Program-made: the position numbers and the translations under genes
The notes under the pieces: model-generated
The model's input: only the letters and a program-made list of their open reading frames with translations
What the model was told of the DNA's origin: nothing
Database searches by the model: none
Part shown: positions 1 through 8,398 of the stretch, piece by piece
Position numbering within the stretch: the first letter of the stretch is position 1
How the letters are laid out: each line of letters starts with the position of its first letter
IMG/VR virus record: IMGVR_UViG_2519899647_000001
Source of the DNA: an uncultured virus (IMG/VR IMGVR_UViG_2519899647_000001)
Lineage: Duplodnaviria; Heunggongvirae; Uroviricota; Caudoviricetes
DNA length: 20,000 nucleotides
Strand: one strand, 5' to 3'

Positions 1-1
1 T

Positions 2-151
2 GACAGCAACGCCAAGATTGCTACCATCCTCGAATACGGCAAAAGCGGACAGCCTGCAAAACCGTTCCTGAAGCCTGCGAAATCCTCGTCCAAAAGCGCT
101 GCCATTGAAGCGATGAAGGCAAAACTGGAATCGGAGGTGAACGGCATATGA
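2..151 (+). CDS. HK97 gp10-like neck/tail protein, C-terminal part (5' truncated by the window)
   Basis: Frame from base 2 reads DSNAKIATILEYGKSGQPAKPFLKPAKSSSKSAAIEAMKAKLESEVNGI*. EYG..QPAKPFLKPA is the gp10 signature. Stop overlaps the next ATG (ATGA). Confidence 0.8.
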   Translation, partial: DSNAKIATILEYGKSGQPAKPFLKPAKSSSKSAAIEAMKAKLESEVNGI

Positions 152-489
152 GCCTGTTATCGGAAATAAAGACCGTGGTCACAGGCTGCGGTCTTCCTGT
201 GGAGACGGGAGTATTCTCGGATGAGCCGCCGGATGAATATGTGGTGGTGACTCCGCTTGCGGACACCTACGAGCTTCATGCGGACGATGCTCCCGGATAC
301 GAGACACAGGAGGCAAGGCTCTCCCTGTTCTCCAGGGGCAATTATATGCAGCGGAAGAAGCGGCTCTGCAAGGCGCTCCTTGCCGCTGATTTTGTTATCA
401 CGGAAAGGCGGTACATCGGACACGAGGACGATACCGGTTTCCACCACTACGCCATTGACGTGGCGAAACTTTATGAAACGGAGGATTGA
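148..489 (+). CDS. Putative tail terminator/completion protein, 113 aa
   Basis: Lies between gp10-like gene and major tail protein; GGAGGTG RBS; P..YVV motif and C-terminal D.GFHHYAIDV. Confidence 0.7.
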   Translation: MSLLSEIKTVVTGCGLPVETGVFSDEPPDEYVVVTPLADTYELHADDAPGYETQEARLSLFSRGNYMQRKKRLCKALLAADFVITERRYIGHEDDTGFHHYAIDVAKLYETED

Positions 490-494
490 ACATT

Positions 495-1085
495 ATGGCA
501 ACAATCGGTCTTGATAAACTTTTCTATTCCAAGATCACGGAGGACGCAAACGGCAACGAGACCTATGCGACTCCCGTGTCCCTTGCCAAGGCAATGACAG
601 CGGAACTGTCCGTGGAACTTGCCGAGGCTACTCTTTACGCCGATGACGGCGCGGCGGAGGTCGTGAAAGAGTTCCAGAGCGGGACGCTCTCCCTCGGCGT
701 GGACAACATCGGTCTTTCCGTGGCGGCAGACCTTACGGGTGCGACCGTGGACGATAACGGCGTGCTTGTATCCGCATCCGAGGACGGCGGCGATCCCGTG
801 GCTATTGGTTTCCGTGCAAAGAAAGCGAACGGCAAGTACAGATACTTCTGGCTCTACCGCGTCATTTTCGGCATCCCTGCAACGAACCTTACCACCAAGG
901 GCGAGAGCATCGAGTTCTCCACGCCTACCATCGAGGGTACGGTTTACCGCAGGAACAAGGTGGACGCAAAGGGCAACCATCCCTGGAAAGCGGAGGTGTC
1001 CGAGGACGATACGGGCGTGACCGCCGAAACGATCACAGGCTGGTACTCAAATGTTTATGAACCGACCTTTGAGGGCGAGGGTTAA
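495..1085 (+). CDS. Major tail (tube) protein, phi13-like family
   Basis: MATIGLDKLFYS..., LYADDG motif, AIGFRAKKANGKYRYFWLYRV, TKGESIEF. GGAGG RBS at 480-484 supports ATG 495 rather than 486. Confidence 0.9.
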   Translation: MATIGLDKLFYSKITEDANGNETYATPVSLAKAMTAELSVELAEATLYADDGAAEVVKEFQSGTLSLGVDNIGLSVAADLTGATVDDNGVLVSASEDGGDPVAIGFRAKKANGKYRYFWLYRVIFGIPATNLTTKGESIEFSTPTIEGTVYRRNKVDAKGNHPWKAEVSEDDTGVTAETITGWYSNVYEPTFEGEG

Positions 1086-1099
1086 GGAGGTAACGCAGA

Positions 1100-1480
1100 A
1101 TGGATGAAAGAAGCGCAATTGTAAAAATCGGTGGTCAGGAATATGAGATGCTCCTCACCACCAAGGCAACGAAGGAAATCGCCGGACGCTACGGCGGGCT
1201 GGAGAACCTGGGCGATAAGCTGATGAAGTCTGAGAACTTCGAGATGGCTCTCGATGAGATCGTGTGGCTCATCACGCTACTATGCAACCAGACCATCCTC
1301 GTCCACAACTTAAAGCATCCCGATGAGAAAAAGCCGGAACTGACCACGGAGGAGGTTGAGCTTCTCACCTCGCCGATGGAACTGACGGATTACAAGGACG
1401 CTATCATGGAGGCTATGTACAGAGGAACGAAACGCAATATCGAAAGCGAGACAGACTCAAAAAACGCACAGGTCGGGTAA
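1100..1480 (+). CDS. Tail assembly chaperone (gpG-like), 126 aa
   Basis: Between major tail and tape measure genes; AAGGAGG RBS; slippery heptamer A AAA AAC near the 3' end. Confidence 0.85.
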   Translation: MDERSAIVKIGGQEYEMLLTTKATKEIAGRYGGLENLGDKLMKSENFEMALDEIVWLITLLCNQTILVHNLKHPDEKKPELTTEEVELLTSPMELTDYKDAIMEAMYRGTKRNIESETDSKNAQVG

Positions 1481-1668
1481 GTGACGAAGAGTTATTTACC
1501 CGGCTTTTATATTACGGCATCGGTCAGCTTCATCTTACGCAGGATGAGTTCTGGCTGATGCCGTTCGGTCTGTTTATGGATTTATGGGAATGCCATAAGC
1601 AGTATAACGGCATTTCAAAGCCGAAACAGAATCTCACGATTGACGATGTGATCCCCTATGGAATCTGA
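1100..1668 (+). CDS. Frameshifted tail chaperone (gpGT-like), about 189 aa, via -1 shift at 1459-1465
   Basis: The -1 frame is open from the slip site to TGA 1666-1668 (RTGRVSDEELFTRLLYYGIGQLHLTQDEFWLMPFGLFMDLWECHKQYNGISKPKQNLTIDDVIPYGI) and fills the gap before the TMP. Missing from the ORF track. Confidence 0.8.
1459..1465 (+). promoter_or_regulatory. -1 programmed ribosomal frameshift site A AAA AAC
   Basis: X XXY YYZ heptamer in the correct phase (TCA AAA AAC), four codons before the chaperone stop. Confidence 0.8.
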
Positions 1669-1688
1669 CGGGAAGGAGGTAAAGACGC

Positions 1689-4301
1689 ATGGCTGATAAT
1701 TTCGGTCTGAAGATCGGTGTTGAAGGCGAGAAGGAATTTAAGAAGGCTCTCGCCGACATCAACCAGTCGTTCAAGGTACTCGGCTCGGAAATGAAGCTGG
1801 TATCCTCGCAGTTTGATAAGAACGACAAGTCCGTGCAGGCTCTGTCCGCACGGAACAATGTGCTGAACAAGGAAATTGAAGCACAGAGGCAGAAAATCGA
1901 TACGCTGCGTTCCGCTCTCCAGAATGCGTCAGATTCCTTCGGGGAGACAGACCGCAGGACGCAGAGCTGGCAGATTCAGCTGAATAACGCCGAGGCTGCC
2001 CTTAACGACATGGAGCGGGAACTTAGCGACAACAACGCCGCTCTGGAAGAAGCAAACTCCAACTACGGCAGAGCCGAGGATGCGCTTGAGGACATGGATC
2101 GTGAGATGGACGATGTTACCGACAGCGCGGGCGATATGGGCGATGAAATTGATGAAGCTGGGGATGCAGCCGAAAAGTCCGAGAGCAAGTTCAAGGGTCT
2201 CGGTACCGTCTTAAAGACTGTCGGTGCGGCAATGGGCGCAGTCGTTGTTGCTGCAGGTGCCGCCGCGATAAAACTCGGCAAGGAAGTCATATCCGCCTAT
2301 GCGGACTATGAACAGCTTGTCGGCGGTGTCGATACCCTTTTCAAGGATTCCTCGCAGAAGCTCCAGCAGTATGCGGCGAACGCCTATAAGACAGCGGGTA
2401 TGTCGGCAAACGACTACATGGAGACCGTCACGAGCTTCTCTGCAAGCCTGATATCCTCCCTGGGCGGCGATACGGAAAAGGCTGTGGAATATGCTGACAT
2501 GGCCATCACGGATATGTCGGACAACGCCAATAAGATGGGTACCGACATGGCGTCCATTGAGAACGCCTACCAGGGCTTTGCCAAGCAGAACTATACGATG
2601 CTCGATAACCTCAAACTCGGCTACGGCGGCACGAAATCCGAAATGGAGCGTCTGCTTGCCGATGCGCAGGCTATCTCCGGCATTGAATACAACATTGACT
2701 CCTATGCGGATGTGGTCGAAGCCATCCATGTGATACAGACGAGTATGGATATCACAGGCACGACCGCACGGGAAGCGGAACACACCATTTCCGGCTCCAT
2801 AAATTCCATGCAGGCGGCTCTTCAGAACCTCGTGGTCGGATTCGGCAATGCCGATGCGGATATGGAGCAGCTCTGCAACAATGTCGTGGATTCGTTCAAG
2901 GATGTGGTGGCGAATGTCACGCCTATCATCCAGAACATCGTGGCGGCACTGCCCACCGCAACAGGCGCATTGCTTGAAGCCGTGGCAGAGCTTCTCCCTA
3001 CGCTCCTTCAGACGGTGACAGAACTGTTCTCCCAGGTTTTGACCACACTTCTAAACCTCCTGCCGAGCCTGATTCCGGCAGCGGTCGAGGCGGTCATGAC
3101 GATTGTGAATGCCATCATAGAGAATCTTCCTCTGCTTATCGAAGCGGCCGTCCAACTTGTGGCTACGCTCGTGCAGGGTATCGGCGAGGCACTGCCTACG
3201 CTCATTCCTGCGGCGGTACAGGCAATCGTGACCATCGTGCAGGGTTTGATTGACAACCTCCCAATGATACTGGATGCGGCGCTTCAGTTGATTATGGGAC
3301 TGGCACAGGGCATCCTTGACGCTATCCCTGTGCTGATTGAAGCTCTGCCCGCAATCATTACAAGCATCGTGGAATTTATCGCGGGCGCTATTCCACAGAT
3401 CATCGATGCCGGGATTCAGCTTCTTACTTCGCTGATTACGGCTTTACCACAGATTATCCAGGCAATCGTGGCGGCGATACCGCAGATCATTGACGGTATC
3501 CTTACCGCTATCCTCGGCAGTATCCCGCAGCTGATTGACGCGGGCGTCCGTCTGCTGGTCGCTCTGATACAGAATCTGCCGACCATCATCACCACGATTG
3601 TGAATGCGATACCGCAGATAATCACGAGCATCGTGAACGCGCTCATCGGAAACATCGACAAGATCATCATGGCGGGCGTTCAGCTGTTCGTGGCTCTTAT
3701 CAAGAACCTGCCGCAGATCATCGTGGCAATCGTGAAAGCCGTGCCGCAGATCATATCAGCCATCGTGAAGGGCTTTGCAAGCGGTGCGTCCCAGATGGCA
3801 ACCATCGGTCTGAACCTTATCAAGGGTATCTGGAACGGCATCGGCGATGCGGCCTCCTGGCTGTGGAGCAAGGTCAGCGGTTTCTGCTCGAACCTGCTCA
3901 GTAAGATCAAGGGCTTCTTCGGAATATCCTCACCGTCTAAGGAGATGGCGTGGGTCGGCGATATGCTTACCCAGGGGCTTGCTGGAGGTATCGATGACTC
4001 GGCAAAGGTCGCTATCAATGCCACGCAGGATTTGAACAAGGGCATCATGGATGTAATGGACGGACTGGCGGATGATATGCAGTCTGCCGTTCCGAGCAAT
4101 TTCAACCTTGACGCGGATGCTACGGTGCGCTCCGTGGCAAGCGGTATGTCCGGCGTGGGTAGCGGCAATTCCTATGGTGCGCTGGTTTCGGTCGGACAGA
4201 TGATCGTCCGCAGCGAGGACGATATCCGCAGGATTTCGCAGGAACTTTATAACCTGATACAGACTGGCTCCCGTGCGCAGGGGCGCTTTTCAACGGCTTA
4301 A
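1689..4301 (+). CDS. Tape measure protein, 870 aa
   Basis: N-terminal coiled coil, NYTMLDNLKLGYGGTK core, amphipathic P-Q-I-I repeats, FFGISSPSK motif; AAGGAGGT RBS. Confidence 0.95.
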   Translation: MADNFGLKIGVEGEKEFKKALADINQSFKVLGSEMKLVSSQFDKNDKSVQALSARNNVLNKEIEAQRQKIDTLRSALQNASDSFGETDRRTQSWQIQLNNAEAALNDMERELSDNNAALEEANSNYGRAEDALEDMDREMDDVTDSAGDMGDEIDEAGDAAEKSESKFKGLGTVLKTVGAAMGAVVVAAGAAAIKLGKEVISAYADYEQLVGGVDTLFKDSSQKLQQYAANAYKTAGMSANDYMETVTSFSASLISSLGGDTEKAVEYADMAITDMSDNANKMGTDMASIENAYQGFAKQNYTMLDNLKLGYGGTKSEMERLLADAQAISGIEYNIDSYADVVEAIHVIQTSMDITGTTAREAEHTISGSINSMQAALQNLVVGFGNADADMEQLCNNVVDSFKDVVANVTPIIQNIVAALPTATGALLEAVAELLPTLLQTVTELFSQVLTTLLNLLPSLIPAAVEAVMTIVNAIIENLPLLIEAAVQLVATLVQGIGEALPTLIPAAVQAIVTIVQGLIDNLPMILDAALQLIMGLAQGILDAIPVLIEALPAIITSIVEFIAGAIPQIIDAGIQLLTSLITALPQIIQAIVAAIPQIIDGILTAILGSIPQLIDAGVRLLVALIQNLPTIITTIVNAIPQIITSIVNALIGNIDKIIMAGVQLFVALIKNLPQIIVAIVKAVPQIISAIVKGFASGASQMATIGLNLIKGIWNGIGDAASWLWSKVSGFCSNLLSKIKGFFGISSPSKEMAWVGDMLTQGLAGGIDDSAKVAINATQDLNKGIMDVMDGLADDMQSAVPSNFNLDADATVRSVASGMSGVGSGNSYGALVSVGQMIVRSEDDIRRISQELYNLIQTGSRAQGRFSTA

Positions 4302-4314
4302 GGAGGTGCGCTGA

Positions 4315-5094
4315 ATGGGTTTTACATACAACGATACGGCATCTGCCGATATGGGGCTTAAGGCACGGCTCACCTCCTGGCAGGTGTGCGGAGGGCTGCG
4401 AAACTATACGGCGTCCATTCCCGGCAAGAGCGGTGTGGCGGATTTCGGAGCGGATTTCGACTACAGAGAGATCAATGTCTCCTGCAGTATTGCTCCGAAG
4501 AGAAACTTTGCATCTCTTGTTTCGGTACTGGACGATATATCGCTCTGGCTCGATCCCACGGACGGACTGAAACAGCTTGTTTTCGATGATGTGCCGGACA
4601 GGTACTTCATGGCACGGCTTTACGAAAAGGTGGACTGCGAAAGGCTACTCGTTCGCTCGGCGGGTAGCTTCGATTTGAAGTTTTTCTGTCCCGATCCCTT
4701 TGCCTACGCTGTGGAGGATGAGGAGTTTTCCATTACTTCCACCGGAACGCATACGGTCAGAAGGACGAAAGGCAATGTGGCGTCCAATCCCGTGTACCGC
4801 ATCAAGGGCGTGATCTCCTCCGGCGTAAGTAACTACATCACCATTATCACGAACGGTTCACAGCTTAAAGTGGTGAACGCTGCTCTTGCGGCAGCGGAAA
4901 CGCTGGTGGTCGATACGGATATGATGACCGCCTGGGTGGAGGACGCAAACGGGAATGTCCTGCGGAACGGACTGCCGTATCTTTCAGAACTGAACTTCCC
5001 AACGCTTTCTGTCGGGAATAATACAATCGCTGTGGCGGCGAACAACGCCACATTTACAAGGCTTGAAATTGAAGCCAAGAGCAGATGGAGGTGA
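4315..5094 (+). CDS. Distal tail protein (Dit), 259 aa
   Basis: Directly after TMP; IPGKSG, LVFDDVPDRYFMA, F.C.DPFAY and FP.L..GNN.I motifs. Confidence 0.88.
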   Translation: MGFTYNDTASADMGLKARLTSWQVCGGLRNYTASIPGKSGVADFGADFDYREINVSCSIAPKRNFASLVSVLDDISLWLDPTDGLKQLVFDDVPDRYFMARLYEKVDCERLLVRSAGSFDLKFFCPDPFAYAVEDEEFSITSTGTHTVRRTKGNVASNPVYRIKGVISSGVSNYITIITNGSQLKVVNAALAAAETLVVDTDMMTAWVEDANGNVLRNGLPYLSELNFPTLSVGNNTIAVAANNATFTRLEIEAKSRWR

Positions 5095-5100
5095 CGGCGG

Positions 5101-7626
5101 ATGTCCTTAAAAACGATACTGAATAAACAGACGGACTTCACGGGTGAGTTCCCGGCGGAGTACGCAAAGGGCGGTCTGTGGCGTTTCAACGAGGATGCTC
5201 CCGATGCCGACACCTGCCTTACTGATTCCTCCGGGAACGGCAGGAAGGCATATATCAACAAATGGAGTGGAACGACCGCGTCTCTGACTGACGGTGTGTT
5301 CGGCTCCTATTTTCGCATGAACATCAACAATCCATCCTCGGAGCAGACCTATCTGAAGGTCACGAATGACGGCACGATATTCTCCGATCTTGGGGAACGG
5401 ATCATCGTGGGCGGCTGGATGCGACCGACCACCTATTCCGTGGGAAACACATACACGCCGATTCTCTCTACCCGAGGTGGTACGGGACAGCCGATTTTTT
5501 ATCTGTCCCTCATCCGCGGAAAGCCGAGATTGATGCTCTACAATTCCTCCGGCTCCCTGATATTGGATACCTCGGTCACGCCGTCCTTCAATCTTGAAAA
5601 TGCCAAGTGGTACTTCATCGCGGCGGTGATCGAGCCGGACAATAAAAAAGCCTGGTACGTGGTCGGCGATAAGGACAGCGGTACGGTGTGGAAATCCTCC
5701 GCACTGACCTTCACGGGTGAACTGAACCGCTCCTGCACGGCAGACCTAATCTGGGGAATGCTGAACAGTTCCTACTGGTATGCAGGCGGCTTTGACGACT
5801 GGTTTTTGGACTGCGATTCGGAACTTACCGCTGATGACCTTATGGATTATTTCCGCTCTGCTGTTATGGCGAATGCAGGAGATACCACGGGAACTGTTGA
5901 CGGAATCACCGAGCCTGGAACGGTCACGCTCCGTGCTTCGAGTGGCGTCTATCCCACAGAAGGTATCCTTACCACGGCGGCTGCAGAGTGCAACCTGTCC
6001 GGCACGGGTCGTGTGTCTGTGACGAGCGAGTATGTCTCAAGCACGACCGCTGTTTCCCTGGTGGAGACTTCCACAAGTGATGATCTTATCACATGGAGCG
6101 ATTGGGTGGCGGTCCCTTCGGACGGCAAACTGGCGTCTCCCAACAGGGAGTACATCCGATTCCGGGTGACGCTCACAACGACCGAGACGAACCTGACACC
6201 GAAGGTCGTGGATATACGGCTTTACGATATCCCTCGCTCTCCCTATGAGAAAATCGGCTATGCCCGTCCCGTTGTTCTTGACAGCAACGGAGCGTGGGAG
6301 GCGGTGCTTGAAAATGCCTATGACATCATCGTAACGGGCGAGATCAACGGCGAGGATACGCTTTCCTTCAAGATTCCTTACCGGGATAGCAAGCGGTCAT
6401 ATATCGACAGCGAGAAAAAGATACAGATCGTGGACGATATCTACAAGGTGCGCACAGTCAAGGATACAAAAGATACCGAAGGCAACGCCATCACAGAGGT
6501 GTATGCCGAGGCGGAGTTTTACGATCTTACCTTCTCTGTCAGAAAAGAGGAACGCAGCTTTGAAGCTGAAACTGCTGAAGTGCCTATGGCTTATGCCCTT
6601 GCCGGCACGGAATGGGCGGTCGGCACGGTCAACGTGCGCACCAAGAGGACATGGACAAGCAGCGAGAAAAACGCTCTGTCCATCCTCCGAAATGTGGCAG
6701 ACCTGCACGGCGGCGATCTGGTCTTTGACTGCGCCAACAGGCTTGTGCATCTCTTAACCGTGAGCGGCAAGGACAGCGGTGCGCTGTTCGCCTATAGAAA
6801 GAACATGAAGTCCATACAGAGGGTGGTCGATACCCGCAGCCTTGTGACCAGACTCTATGCCGTAGGCGCAGACGGGCTGACTTTTTCCGACATCAACGGT
6901 GGCAAGCCCTATGTGGAGGACTTTTCCTATACGAACGAGATACGCATTTCCACGCTGGACTGCTCGTCCTTCACAAATCCGTATCAGATGAAGGAGTATG
7001 CGGAGATGCGCCTTGCACAGTACGCCAAGCCGACTATTTCCTATGTGCTGAACGCTATGGATTTATCCGTCCTTACGGGCTACGAGCATGAAGCATGGGA
7101 ACTTGGGGACTATGTGCGTGTAGAGGACAAGGAGCTGGGTATTTCGGTCACAACGAGAATCGTTCGCCGGGAATACAACCTGCAGGAGCCGTGGAACACG
7201 GTACTTGAACTATCCACCACGCTGAAGAACCTCGGCAGTTCCGCAAGTCAATGGGACAACGCAGCAGACACCTTGGAAGGCACAAGCATGGTATCCAATG
7301 ACGATATCCGTGAAATGGTGCCGTTCAACCTTCTGCGAAACTCCCGTGCTGACGATGGGCTTGCCTATTGGACGAGTTCCGGCTTTGTGGCTGATGGCGA
7401 TAACGGTGCATCCGGGACGGCATCCTTCAAGGCAGAGGGCGTATCAGGCATGACCAAGAGCCTGTCGCAGACTGTGTATCCCGCCAACCGTGACAGTTAT
7501 ACGATCTCGGCGCAGATCGGCTCGGAGGACTTGGAGAAACTTTCAGACTCCTCACAGGTCGGAATCGAGGTCATCATCGAATACGAGGACGGTACGACAG
7601 AGAGCCGTTTCATTGACTTGTACTGA
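5101..7626 (+). CDS. Tail-tip protein: N-terminal LamG/ConA-like domain, Tal (prophage tail endopeptidase-like) core, C-terminal half CBM-like domain, 841 aa
   Basis: GLWRFNE..DSSGNG and WYFIAAV/GGFDDW (LamG); EINGEDTLSF, KNMKSIQR..D..VTRLYAVG, LGDYVRVED (Tal); NLLRNS..GLAYW near the C-terminus. Confidence 0.88.
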   Translation: MSLKTILNKQTDFTGEFPAEYAKGGLWRFNEDAPDADTCLTDSSGNGRKAYINKWSGTTASLTDGVFGSYFRMNINNPSSEQTYLKVTNDGTIFSDLGERIIVGGWMRPTTYSVGNTYTPILSTRGGTGQPIFYLSLIRGKPRLMLYNSSGSLILDTSVTPSFNLENAKWYFIAAVIEPDNKKAWYVVGDKDSGTVWKSSALTFTGELNRSCTADLIWGMLNSSYWYAGGFDDWFLDCDSELTADDLMDYFRSAVMANAGDTTGTVDGITEPGTVTLRASSGVYPTEGILTTAAAECNLSGTGRVSVTSEYVSSTTAVSLVETSTSDDLITWSDWVAVPSDGKLASPNREYIRFRVTLTTTETNLTPKVVDIRLYDIPRSPYEKIGYARPVVLDSNGAWEAVLENAYDIIVTGEINGEDTLSFKIPYRDSKRSYIDSEKKIQIVDDIYKVRTVKDTKDTEGNAITEVYAEAEFYDLTFSVRKEERSFEAETAEVPMAYALAGTEWAVGTVNVRTKRTWTSSEKNALSILRNVADLHGGDLVFDCANRLVHLLTVSGKDSGALFAYRKNMKSIQRVVDTRSLVTRLYAVGADGLTFSDINGGKPYVEDFSYTNEIRISTLDCSSFTNPYQMKEYAEMRLAQYAKPTISYVLNAMDLSVLTGYEHEAWELGDYVRVEDKELGISVTTRIVRREYNLQEPWNTVLELSTTLKNLGSSASQWDNAADTLEGTSMVSNDDIREMVPFNLLRNSRADDGLAYWTSSGFVADGDNGASGTASFKAEGVSGMTKSLSQTVYPANRDSYTISAQIGSEDLEKLSDSSQVGIEVIIEYEDGTTESRFIDLY

Positions 7627-7638
7627 TGGAGGTGGGCT

Positions 7639-7836
7639 ATGGTTTATTTTTCAAAAACACAGGCGAAGGTATCGCCGGAGCATTATGGGGACAGGATCAA
7701 GTCCATCACCGTCCGTATCTGCGTCACGAACTGCACGGGAAAACTCTATGTGACGGACATACTCCTCCAGGCGGGAGCGGTCGCTACGGGATGGGTAGGA
7801 CATCCCTGCGAGATCAAGTGGACGCTCGATGGGTAA
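7639..7836 (+). CDS. Small tail-associated protein resembling the C-terminal half of a CBM4/9-like jelly-roll, 65 aa
   Basis: Own GGAGGTG RBS at 7628-7634; G.LYVTDILLQAG..ATGW.GHP motif; in frame with the upstream gene. Confidence 0.75.
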   Translation: MVYFSKTQAKVSPEHYGDRIKSITVRICVTNCTGKLYVTDILLQAGAVATGWVGHPCEIKWTLDG

Positions 7837-8398
7837 CGTCAGATTCATCCGCCTTGCGGAGGTCGTGAACAAAAAACAGGATAAGCGTGTCGTGAGCGTA
7901 ACGGTGGTTCCTACCATCACCGATTGCTCCGGCACGATTTATTTTACCGACCTTCAGCTGCAGGAAGGTCCCGCTCTGACGGGCTATGCTCCGCATACGG
8001 AGATTTGCCTAAAGGAATCAGAGAATGCTCCTGTTTGGTTCAACGGCATCGTCCGCTCGGAAGAAACGGTGATTCTCTTAAACCTCGGTGGTACATCGGC
8101 AGGGCTTGATATCAACCTCTATCCAAAACAGTACATGGAGGGCGGCTCTGTCACGCTGGCACAGGGTGTCGGCGGTCAGAAAGCGACCTTCCCGAATGCT
8201 ATGAACGCTGGGGACAATGTGGCTCTGCTGGCATCCAAGAGGGAATGCACGAGGAACGGAGCGAAGGAAACGAAAGAGGGTTTTTATCAGTACAGTGCGG
8301 CGTGGGATTCCAAACACATCGTGTCCCTTCCGCAAGGAAAATCCGCGCAGCTTTTATATTCGATGCAGGAAATGGACGATGGAGGTGAATTGCTCTGA
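7829..8398 (+). CDS. Tail-associated protein: N-terminus paralogous to the 65-aa protein, C-terminus Dit-C-like, 189 aa
   Basis: GTIYFTDLQLQEG..LTGYAPH motif; overlaps both neighbours, suggesting translational coupling. Confidence 0.75.
   Translation: MGNVRFIRLAEVVNKKQDKRVVSVTVVPTITDCSGTIYFTDLQLQEGPALTGYAPHTEICLKESENAPVWFNGIVRSEETVILLNLGGTSAGLDINLYPKQYMEGGSVTLAQGVGGQKATFPNAMNAGDNVALLASKRECTRNGAKETKEGFYQYSAAWDSKHIVSLPQGKSAQLLYSMQEMDDGGELL

Noticed and set aside
7624..7700. Selenocysteine recoding of the TGA
   Set aside because: No convincing bacterial SECIS hairpin downstream and no redox motif context.
7626..7868. Alternative 80-aa ORF starting at a TGATG overlap
   Set aside because: The 7639-7836 frame has a clear RBS and is paralogous to the next gene; this frame has no recognisable features.
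7639..8020. Diversity-generating retroelement template/variable repeat pair or shufflon
   Set aside because: Similarity is at protein level only, without adenine-specific differences; no reverse transcriptase or inverted cassettes in the window.
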